Shown: in pieces, positions 54,722 through 64,000 of the stretch
Layout: each line of letters starts with the position of its first letter
How positions within the stretch are numbered: the first letter of the stretch is position 1
NCBI GenBank assembly: GCA_033763315.1
Contig: JANRKS010000027.1
Span: 32,001 to 96,000, forward strand
Source of the DNA: Deltaproteobacteria bacterium
GTDB lineage: Bacteria > Myxococcota_A > Polyangia > Fen-1088
Direction: 5' to 3'
DNA: 64,000 bases
The notes under the pieces: generated by a model
Seen by the model: the letters and a program-made list of their open reading frames with translations, nothing else
Database searches by the model: none
What the model was told of the DNA's origin: nothing
Program-made: the position numbers and the translations under genes

Positions 54722-55291
54722 TTAGATGGCCGGGGCGTCATTCGCTGCGTCACCCGCAGCATCAACGCCAGCCTCCGTCCCCCCGTCCTTCGCGCCGTCA
54801 ACCGCGCCATCAGTGGCCCCACCATCCGCCGTGTTCCCATCCACGCCGCCCTCGAAGGCGCCGCCATCAATGTAAAGCACGCCGCCCTCGGAAGTGCCGC
54901 CATCCATGGTCGAGCCCGGGAACAGGTTGAACACGAAGCCGATGCAACCCGCTGGGAACTCCTGCGATGCGAACCACGTGGCCACCGCCACATCCCCCCG
55001 CTTGGCCACAGCCGTGACCACCACACGCTTGCCAGCGGGGTAGCCCCCGGGCAGCGTGATGTCCGCCTCCACCTGCGCGGCCCCCGGTGAGACCGGCAGA
55101 CGCTGCATGTGCACCAATTGCCCCGCAATTTCAAACGAAACATCGACGGCTGTCACCCCAGCCGCCACCTCGGCGGGAATGGTGGCCGCGACGCGCACGG
55201 TACCGCTAGTGCACTCCTCATCGGAGCAGCCCGCAGGCAACAGAGCCAAAGCCACAAACACCACAGGGAGCAAACGGCGCATCAGGTTCAT
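54722..55291 (-). CDS. Small lipoprotein with acidic DGG/DAG-repeat tail
   Basis: M(NLM)RRLLPVVFVALALLPAGC lipobox; beta-rich domain; tail DGG...DGG..DGA.DGA.DGG. Confidence 0.7.
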   Translation of the reverse strand: MNLMRRLLPVVFVALALLPAGCSDEECTSGTVRVAATIPAEVAAGVTAVDVSFEIAGQLVHMQRLPVSPGAAQVEADITLPGGYPAGKRVVVTAVAKRGDVAVATWFASQEFPAGCIGFVFNLFPGSTMDGGTSEGGVLYIDGGAFEGGVDGNTADGGATDGAVDGAKDGGTEAGVDAAGDAANDAPAI

Positions 55292-55407
55292 GATTCCGCC
55301 GAACTTTACACCAAGCGCTTGCCGCAAGGCCATGCACACGATCTTGTTGATCGACGAATCTTGGGTTTTGATATCAATGTGAGCCATGGCGCCTCGGCAG
55401 GTCTAAG

Positions 55408-56433
55408 ATGAAGCGGCCCTCGTTGCGCGTTTTGGTTTTGATGCATCAAGAGCGGGTGCCTCCGGTCTCGTTGGTTGGCAGCACCGAGAAGCAACAAGAA
55501 GAGTGGAAAACGGAGTACGCGGTGGTCACGGCCCTGCGCAAGCTCGGCCACGAAGTGATGCCGTTGGGTTTATGGGACGAGGTGCGGCCCATCCGGGACG
55601 CCATCACAGACTTTAAGCCTCACATCGCTTTTAATTTGCTCGAGGAGTTTCAAGGCCAGCCGCTATTCGATCAGCACGTGGTGGCGTTCTTGGAGCTATC
55701 GAATCTTGCGTATACGGGGTGTAACCCGCGTGGGCTCACATTGGCGCGCGACAAGGCCCTGACCAAAAAGATCCTCACCTACCACCGCATCGACGTACCC
55801 GCGTTCATGGTGGCGCCCCGGCGGCAACGTTGGAAGCGGCCGAAGGTTTTGAAGTTTCCGTTGATCGTCAAAAGCCTCACCGAAGAAGCCTCGCTTGGCA
55901 TCTCACAGGCAAGCGTTGTGGACACGGACGAGAAGCTGCAAGAGCGGGTGCGGTTCATACACGAAAGCATCGGCACCGACGCCATCATCGAACAATACAT
56001 CGACGGCCGCGAAATCTATGTGGGCGCGCTGGGCAACAAACAAATCACCGTGCTTCCGCCTTGGGAATTGGTGCTTGATCATTTGCCTGCGGACGCCGTT
56101 CACATAGCCACGCGCAAAGTGAAGTGGGACAAGGCTTACCAGCAACGTCACAAGATCAAATCACAAGCCGCCCAATTGCCGGACGCGATGATTCGCAAGA
56201 TCACGCACCTCGGCCGCCGCATCTACAAGAACCTCAGCCTCAGCGGCTACGCACGTATGGATTTTCGCGTGACCAGCGATGGCCGCGTGTTCCTGGTTGA
56301 AGCGAATCCCAACCCCGGTGTGGCGCCGCAAGACGAGTTCGCCGAGTCCGCGCAGGCCTACAAGCTTGATTACGGCAAGCTCATCTCAAAGTTGCTCACG
56401 CTGGGCCGCAGCTACAAGCCGGGCACTTATTAG
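55408..56433 (+). CDS. D-Ala-D-Ala ligase-like ATP-grasp protein
   Basis: YTG, DKALTK, FPLIVK, AS.GI, EQYIDGRE, YARMDFR, EANPNP. Confidence 0.85.
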   Translation: MKRPSLRVLVLMHQERVPPVSLVGSTEKQQEEWKTEYAVVTALRKLGHEVMPLGLWDEVRPIRDAITDFKPHIAFNLLEEFQGQPLFDQHVVAFLELSNLAYTGCNPRGLTLARDKALTKKILTYHRIDVPAFMVAPRRQRWKRPKVLKFPLIVKSLTEEASLGISQASVVDTDEKLQERVRFIHESIGTDAIIEQYIDGREIYVGALGNKQITVLPPWELVLDHLPADAVHIATRKVKWDKAYQQRHKIKSQAAQLPDAMIRKITHLGRRIYKNLSLSGYARMDFRVTSDGRVFLVEANPNPGVAPQDEFAESAQAYKLDYGKLISKLLTLGRSYKPGTY

Positions 56434-57098
56434 ATGCGAACGGCTTCGCCAGCTTTGCGAATGGACGCGATGGCCTCGGCATAATCGGGCCGCCCAAACA
56501 CGGCCGCCCCCGCGATGAGTTCGCTGGCGCCCGCACCCACCACCATGGGAGCCGTCTTCGCATCGATGCCGCCATCCACGCCAATCACAACGTTCAAGTG
56601 TTGGCGATCCACCTCGTCACGCAGCTCTTTGAGCTTCTGGACGCTTTGCGGAATGAAGGCTTGGCCCCCAAAGCCCGGGTTCACGGTCATCACCAGCACC
56701 GCGTCCACATCGCGCAAGATCCAACGAATGGATTCCACGGGTGTGTGAGGGTTCAGCGCCACGCCCACGCGTTTGTTCAATGCGCGAATCTGCTGCAAAT
56801 TCCGATGCAAGTGCACGCACGCTTCGACATGCACATAGATGGTGTCGGCCCCGGCCTCGGCAAACTGGGGCACATACTTTTCAGGCTCTTCGATCATCAA
56901 GTGCACGCCCAGCGGCAGCTTGGTGGATTTGCGGATCGCCTTGACCACCAAAGGGCCAATCGTAATGTTCGGCACGAACCGGCCGTCCATCACGTCCACG
57001 TGGACGCTATCAGCGCCCGCCGCTTCGACGGCCTTCGTTTCCTCAGCCAGGCGGCCAAAGTCGGCGGACAGCAGTGAAGGCGAAACCTTGACGAGCAT
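56430..57098 (-). CDS. rpe: Ribulose-phosphate 3-epimerase
   Basis: PSLLSADF, HVDVMDG.FVPN, MTVNPGFGGQ, VDGG. Confidence 0.97.
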   Translation of the reverse strand: MLVKVSPSLLSADFGRLAEETKAVEAAGADSVHVDVMDGRFVPNITIGPLVVKAIRKSTKLPLGVHLMIEEPEKYVPQFAEAGADTIYVHVEACVHLHRNLQQIRALNKRVGVALNPHTPVESIRWILRDVDAVLVMTVNPGFGGQAFIPQSVQKLKELRDEVDRQHLNVVIGVDGGIDAKTAPMVVGAGASELIAGAAVFGRPDYAEAIASIRKAGEAVRI

Positions 57099-57164
57099 GC
57101 CCTAATTTATGGCAGGTGCGGGCCGCCACGTCACGCACAGGCGGCAACGCTCACCATCAGGCAG

Positions 57165-58094
57165 CTATGTGAACTGGGCCCCCACACCGATGCCGCGGCC
57201 CGCGATCACAGCATCCACAGGCAAACGTTTGCGGCCTGGCAACTGAAGCTCCGCGAACGCCACCGCGCCCTCGCCACACGCCACGTGAAGGCCACGTTTG
57301 TCAGCCACCACGACCGTGCCAGGCGTTCCCTGTCCTTCCATAACCCTGGGCCGGAACAACTTGACGGGTTGGCCGTCCAGCAACGCGAAGGCGCCTGGCC
57401 ACGGATCCACACCGCGCGCCAGCGCCGACACGAGGCGCGCGGGCTTGCTGAAATCCAGATGCCCCGTGTCTTTCTTCAGCATCGGCGCCAACGTCGCTTG
57501 CGCGTCATCTTGAGGCACGAACCGCGCGCGGCCCTCGGCGATGTCTTGCAGCGTCTTCACGAGCAATTCCGCGCCAAGCGTGGCCAAGCGCTCAAACAAC
57601 TGCCCCGCCGTTTCGTCAACGCCAATGGGCGTCCGCTCCACCGAAACCATCGGGCCAGTATCAAGCCCCGCCTCCATGCGCATGATCGTCACACCTGTTT
57701 CGGCGTCACCATTGATGATCGCCCATTGGATCGGAGCGGCACCACGGTACTTCGGCAGCAAGGACCCGTGCACGTTGAACGGCCCCAGGCGCGGCACATC
57801 CAGCAACGCTTGCGGAAGGATCTTGCCGTACGCCGCCACAACGAACACATCTGGCTGCAAGGCTCGCAACTGTGCAATGAAAGCCTCTCCCTCCTCGCCC
57901 TTGAGGCGCGTGGGTTGCGCCACGGCCAAACCGTGTTCTTGCGCCCACACTTTCACGGCCGGCGCTTGCAAGGTTTGCCCCCGGCCCGCGGGCTTGTCGG
58001 GTTGAGCCACAACCAAAGGCACACTCCAACGCGCAGCCACAGCCGCCAGCGTTGGCACAGCAAAATCGGGCGAGCCGAAGAACACGATCTTCAC
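57165..58094 (-). CDS. fmt: Methionyl-tRNA formyltransferase
   Basis: F.GSPDFA, QPDKPAGRG, NVHGSLLPKYRGAAPIQ, LDTG. Confidence 0.97.
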   Translation of the reverse strand: MKIVFFGSPDFAVPTLAAVAARWSVPLVVAQPDKPAGRGQTLQAPAVKVWAQEHGLAVAQPTRLKGEEGEAFIAQLRALQPDVFVVAAYGKILPQALLDVPRLGPFNVHGSLLPKYRGAAPIQWAIINGDAETGVTIMRMEAGLDTGPMVSVERTPIGVDETAGQLFERLATLGAELLVKTLQDIAEGRARFVPQDDAQATLAPMLKKDTGHLDFSKPARLVSALARGVDPWPGAFALLDGQPVKLFRPRVMEGQGTPGTVVVADKRGLHVACGEGAVAFAELQLPGRKRLPVDAVIAGRGIGVGAQFT

Positions 58095-60457
58095 GTGCCA
58101 CTCCCATCACCGGCGTTTCGCGCTTGCCACAAGATGCCCAACACCCCAACGCTGACGTCGGCTTTCTTCGGCCGCACCTCAACGCGTTCCAGCGCCAGCT
58201 TCTGCACATCGGTTTTCGCTTCCACGTCGCGCATCTTTTCGGTGAGCTCCTCGTTCAACATCGCCAAAGCCGCTTGCGCCGCTTCCCGTTCGCCTGCCGC
58301 CGCCTCCACGTCTTGGCGCTCGCGCGCGCGTTTGCTGGCACTGCGCACCACGCGCCCCGGCGACACACGACGCCCCATCAATGCCCCCAACACTTCGGCC
58401 CCCATGGAAAACGCAGCGTCGAATCCCTGTTGGTCCGCTTGCATCTCTTCGCGCGCCACGCGATCTTCGGCACGTCGCACACGATCTTGGGCGCGCGCGA
58501 ATTTGTCGGCGTATTTGCCATGCAGTTCCGAAAGCATTTCGTCGCGCCACTGGCGCGCCGCCAGGGCCATGCGGGCCCGGAAGGCGGCTTCATCTTCACC
58601 CGCGTTCGAATTGGTTTTGAGCGCAGCACATCGATAGACAACCAGCGGCCGCTCGTGCACCAAATGATCGATGAATTCCTTTTGCCACGTCTTGTGCGTG
58701 GCAGCGCGCAAAGCCGCACCAGGCAGTGGCAAGAACGCGCAGCCGTCCGCGGGCTGCTTTTGCAGCGATTGCGTTTCGGCGTCGAAAGGCAATGCCTCAC
58801 GCCAAGGCAAAGCATCGGCTGTCAGCGGCACGGTCAACGCGAACGATTGCAGCTCGCTGATGCCGAGCTTCGCGCTCGCGTAGCGCACGCGGCCCGAGGC
58901 AAACACATGCGGTTCATAAACAACACGTGATGCGGTGCTGGCGACAAAAAACTCCGGCACGCCGGTAGGCAACACCGGACGCGGCGCCAAGGTTTGCGGT
59001 GGCGCCATTGCAGGCTTGGCGGGCGCAGGCGCGGGCGGCGTCGCCACAGGGGGCGACAAGCGCTGCAGTTGCTCGCGCGACATCGGACCACGCAGATACG
59101 AAAGCGCCCAGCGCGTTTGAAACAAGGTGGGTCCGTCGTCATGCACGTTGTTCATCAGAAACACGCGGTTGCCCAAGCCCGACAGCAGCCGATCCAAGTG
59201 TGCGCGATCGAAAGCTTGCCCCGAAGACGCCACGGCGCTTTCCAATCCGTCGAGCAGCCGCAACTTGTCGCGCTCTGTCTGCAAGCGCCCCACGAACCAT
59301 GTGCCTGTGTTCGACAAACCCTTGTAGTCGAGATCCACCGGGTTTTGCGTGGACAACACCACGCCCAAGCCAAAGGCACGCGCCTGTTTGAGCAACGTCA
59401 ACATCGGGCGTTTCGATGGCGGCGCGGCGTTCGGCGGAAAGAACCCGAAGATCTCATCCATGTACAGCAGGCCACGCAGGCTGCTTGTGCCAGCTTGCGC
59501 GCGCATCCACGCCACAACCTCACCCAGCAGCGTCGTGACAAAAAACATGCGCTCGGCATCGCTTAAGTGAGACAGGCTCATCACCGAAAGGCGTGGCTTG
59601 CCGGACGGCGACTGCAACAGCGAGCCCACATCCAGGGGATCACCTTCGGTCCAGGCAGAAAACCCTGGCGAGGCCACAAGGTTGTTCAACAGCATCGCCA
59701 GTTCTAGTCTGTCTTTCGCGGGAAACACCGTTTCCACGTCGAACACACCCAGCTGCGCGAAAGGCGGCGTCTGCACCGCACGGATCAGATCGGCCAGTTG
59801 CACGTCACGCCCCTGGGTCCAGGCGTGCTCAAGGATGCTGGCCAACAAAATGTGCTCGCGGCTTCGCAACGGATCGGCGGCGATGCCCGCCAGCGCCAAC
59901 AGGCCGCTCACCGCGCCGCCGATACGCTCGCGCATAACATCGGGTTGGGCCACAACGGCGGCCGGCGGCGCCGCGAACGATTTGAGCACCGAGAGCCCGC
60001 GTCCAAATCGGGCGCCGGGCGTATAGATCACCACCTCTGCGGCGGCCTGCAGGCGCGCCACGCGTGCTGCATCTTGGCCCCACGCGGACAGGCCCTCGCG
60101 CCATGTGGTCGACACTGACTGCGCCCAGGCGTGCGCTGTTGTGCCGCGCCGCCGCGCCTCATCTTCATCCAACCAGGGCTCAAAATCTTCGGCACGCAAC
60201 GCCGGGAACGTCAACGCCAGGTTCCCCATATCGCCCTTCGGATCGATGATGATGGCACCGATGCCGTCGATCGCCGCCTCTTCCAGCAAAGCGATGCCAA
60301 GGCCGGTTTTCCCGCTGCCCGTCATGCCCACAATCACCGCATGCGTGCACAAATCCCGGTCCTTATAGAGAACCGGCTTTGTATTGGCTTGGCCGGCGGC
60401 GAGATCAAAGTGCCGCCCTAGATAAAAAACACCTAGCTTCTCAAAATCGTCGTTCAA
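58091..60457 (-). CDS. HerA/DUF87-like P-loop ATPase
   Basis: HAVIVGMTGSGKT, IDPKGD, LLYMDE, KQARAFG, STQNPVDLD; C-terminal coiled coil. Confidence 0.85.
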   Translation of the reverse strand: MNDDFEKLGVFYLGRHFDLAAGQANTKPVLYKDRDLCTHAVIVGMTGSGKTGLGIALLEEAAIDGIGAIIIDPKGDMGNLALTFPALRAEDFEPWLDEDEARRRGTTAHAWAQSVSTTWREGLSAWGQDAARVARLQAAAEVVIYTPGARFGRGLSVLKSFAAPPAAVVAQPDVMRERIGGAVSGLLALAGIAADPLRSREHILLASILEHAWTQGRDVQLADLIRAVQTPPFAQLGVFDVETVFPAKDRLELAMLLNNLVASPGFSAWTEGDPLDVGSLLQSPSGKPRLSVMSLSHLSDAERMFFVTTLLGEVVAWMRAQAGTSSLRGLLYMDEIFGFFPPNAAPPSKRPMLTLLKQARAFGLGVVLSTQNPVDLDYKGLSNTGTWFVGRLQTERDKLRLLDGLESAVASSGQAFDRAHLDRLLSGLGNRVFLMNNVHDDGPTLFQTRWALSYLRGPMSREQLQRLSPPVATPPAPAPAKPAMAPPQTLAPRPVLPTGVPEFFVASTASRVVYEPHVFASGRVRYASAKLGISELQSFALTVPLTADALPWREALPFDAETQSLQKQPADGCAFLPLPGAALRAATHKTWQKEFIDHLVHERPLVVYRCAALKTNSNAGEDEAAFRARMALAARQWRDEMLSELHGKYADKFARAQDRVRRAEDRVAREEMQADQQGFDAAFSMGAEVLGALMGRRVSPGRVVRSASKRARERQDVEAAAGEREAAQAALAMLNEELTEKMRDVEAKTDVQKLALERVEVRPKKADVSVGVLGILWQARNAGDGSGT

Positions 60458-60469
60458 GTGTTCGCACCA

Positions 60470-62350
60470 TCAGGAAGAGCGGGCTGCGGCGGTGACCGCG
60501 CCTGCGATGTGTCGCGTGTACGCCGCGCGCAGCGGCTCTTTTGTTAGCACCGTGAAAGCTTCGTTCAGCGCGGAACGAATCTCACCCAAGGCCAACGCCA
60601 TCTCAACCGCCAGTGCAGGGCCCACCGTGCTGTCAGACAGCTCGCGCATGATGCGGTCATAGGCCGAGCGAATTTCACCTGGCGTCGCCGACGTTGAAAC
60701 GCCCAGCACTTGAAAGTAGTCGCCTTCTTGCACCAACGCCAAACGCGCGGTGATCCGTTCGCGATCAATTTCACGATCGCGCGTTGAAGCTGAATCCGCG
60801 GCCGCCGGCAACGCTTCGCCACTGTGTGCGGTGGTGAGCAAGCCGAACGCGCGCAAAACCACGGCCACCTGCCATACGTTTTGCTTCGGCTGCGCGCTCG
60901 CACGCACCACCTCAACCAATGACCTCACGCCGTCAAACAACACCGGCACCCGTGAAAGAGCTGGGTCGCCACCGCTGACCTCAAGGAGAATGTCGGGGGC
61001 GCTCAGCGTGCTTTCCAAGCGCCACGTCGCCGCTTCGTTGCCAAGCGCACGCAGCAAACGATTTTCATCGTAAGCACGCGCGACGCCTTCCAAAGCCAGG
61101 GCGGCCGGATGACGCAACAAACGAACGCGCCGCGGGTCCGCCGTGGTGCCCGTTTCAAAGCGGAAGCTGCCTTCGGTCCACTCGAACAACGAGAAGATGA
61201 TCTCTTCGTAGTGCTGGCGCACGGCGGGCAACAGCTCGGTGCTTTTCAGAAAGCCCAAATCCACCAGGACCGCGCCCATGCGGCGCCCGGATTCCGTCGC
61301 AACGTCGATCGCGGTGCGGGCTTGTTCGTGGCTAAGCCCGCCTTGGCGCACAAGCATTTGCACCATGCGATCCGCAACCGCGCTCGACACAGCGAGAACA
61401 GGTCGCCCGGCCTCGAAGAACACTGACTTTTCCGTGTCACCGTGGCGCACACGCAAACGCCCCGTCACGCCTTCTTGCAACGCCAAGCCCAGCAAGGTTG
61501 GCAGCGACGTACCGGAAAGCTCACCCGCGGCTGGGAAACCAGCGCGTCGACCGCCGCGTCCCGAGCGCGCAGCGTCGCTGAACAAAGAGGCGGTGCCCAG
61601 CACGTGGCGCGCGTCCGCCAAGATCGTGTTCACAAAATCCTGCGGCACTTCGCGCGTCTGTTCATCCATGCGTTCGCCGCGCAGCTTGGGCGCGGGTCCC
61701 ACTTGGCTCAGCGTACGCTCCATCTCGGCGTCGAGCAGTTGATCAATCGAATCGGAGATCCGTCGCAACAGCGGCGCAGGCAACGCCTTCGTTTCGGGCG
61801 GCGCGCTGGCCGAACGACGCCGTTCCACTTGCAAAGGAGCCAAGCTGGGCAAAGCGCCATCAGGCGACAACGATCGCAACCGCGGCTCCGAAGGCGCTTT
61901 GCGCGTGAGGCTTGAATCGCGCTTCTCGAATTCAGCGTTGGGAGCCGGCGACGACCCCACGGCGGGCACTTCGGCGGTGGGCGGTGGCGGCACTTGCGAG
62001 GCCCGTCGACGGGTCACCAAGCCGCGCGCGGCTTCCACCACGGCTTGTGGCGCCACAGGACGCACGAACGCAACATCGGCCACCGCTTCAGCTTCAGCTT
62101 GCTCGGCCGCATCACACAACATGACAATGGGCACGTTGCCACCCGGCAAACGCCGCAGCGCCAAGATCGTTTCGGGCACCTTGGCTTTGACGGCGCGGCT
62201 CGTGACCACGATGGCGTCGGGGCGAGCCGCCGCGACCCATCCAGAAAGCGAATCGCCCGCTTCGATGGCCAAAGCCTCGCAGTCGGCCGCGAGTGCCGCG
62301 CGACGAACGAGGTCCGCCTCATAGGGTCCGGCAATGATCAGAAACTTCAC
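60470..62350 (-). CDS. Receiver-like / DUF4388 / J-like domain protein
   Basis: N-terminal receiver-like fold; 'GEL....LP.LL......TG.L......K.VFF..G', 'LFEW.EG.F.F'; C-terminal DYFQVLGV...A...EIR.AY. Confidence 0.8.
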   Translation of the reverse strand: MKFLIIAGPYEADLVRRAALAADCEALAIEAGDSLSGWVAAARPDAIVVTSRAVKAKVPETILALRRLPGGNVPIVMLCDAAEQAEAEAVADVAFVRPVAPQAVVEAARGLVTRRRASQVPPPPTAEVPAVGSSPAPNAEFEKRDSSLTRKAPSEPRLRSLSPDGALPSLAPLQVERRRSASAPPETKALPAPLLRRISDSIDQLLDAEMERTLSQVGPAPKLRGERMDEQTREVPQDFVNTILADARHVLGTASLFSDAARSGRGGRRAGFPAAGELSGTSLPTLLGLALQEGVTGRLRVRHGDTEKSVFFEAGRPVLAVSSAVADRMVQMLVRQGGLSHEQARTAIDVATESGRRMGAVLVDLGFLKSTELLPAVRQHYEEIIFSLFEWTEGSFRFETGTTADPRRVRLLRHPAALALEGVARAYDENRLLRALGNEAATWRLESTLSAPDILLEVSGGDPALSRVPVLFDGVRSLVEVVRASAQPKQNVWQVAVVLRAFGLLTTAHSGEALPAAADSASTRDREIDRERITARLALVQEGDYFQVLGVSTSATPGEIRSAYDRIMRELSDSTVGPALAVEMALALGEIRSALNEAFTVLTKEPLRAAYTRHIAGAVTAAARSS

Positions 62351-62360
62351 GCGATCGACA

Positions 62361-63998
<1,638 letters not shown>

Positions 63999-64000
63999 CT

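Noticed and set aside
54586-55400. tRNA-Pro as integration site of an island
   Set aside because: No integrase and no duplicated tRNA 3' end noticed; only one small lipoprotein gene follows
57285-58637. 450-aa plus-strand ORF and similar long antisense ORFs
   Set aside because: Shadows of fmt and the ATPase; no domain signatures

Overview
GC-rich bacterial chromosome segment; gene content (FHA-sigma54 activator, Hanks kinase, DUF1592/DUF1552, DUF4388-J, Cys-rich lipoproteins) suggests Myxococcota/Polyangia. Housekeeping blocks: argC-argB; rimP-nusA-ylxR-infB-DUF503-rbfA-truB-rpsO-pnp-dut; a MoxR/DUF58/vWA operon ending in tRNA-Pro(CGG); priA...fmt-rpe. Two accessory areas: a 2930-aa lipoprotein subtilase (1.6-10.4 kb) and a ~22 kb block (12.5-35.1 kb) of secreted, lipo- and haem proteins. 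Strongest lead: a Kelch lipoprotein / FHA-sigma54 activator / Ser-Thr kinase / membrane-partner cassette bracketed by two outward-facing sigma54 promoters. Both promoters share the palindrome CTGTGCA-N4-TGCACAG upstream, drive c-type haem lipoprotein genes, and (like a third sigma54 promoter at 248) have an in-frame start codon exactly 14 nt after the -12 C, suggesting leaderless sigma54 mRNAs. Second lead: in the giant protease, five discoidin domains appear nested inside 'WTAPGDD' FN3 repeats. No CRISPR array, rRNA, transposase or integrase was seen. All family calls are from motif recognition by eye, not database searches.
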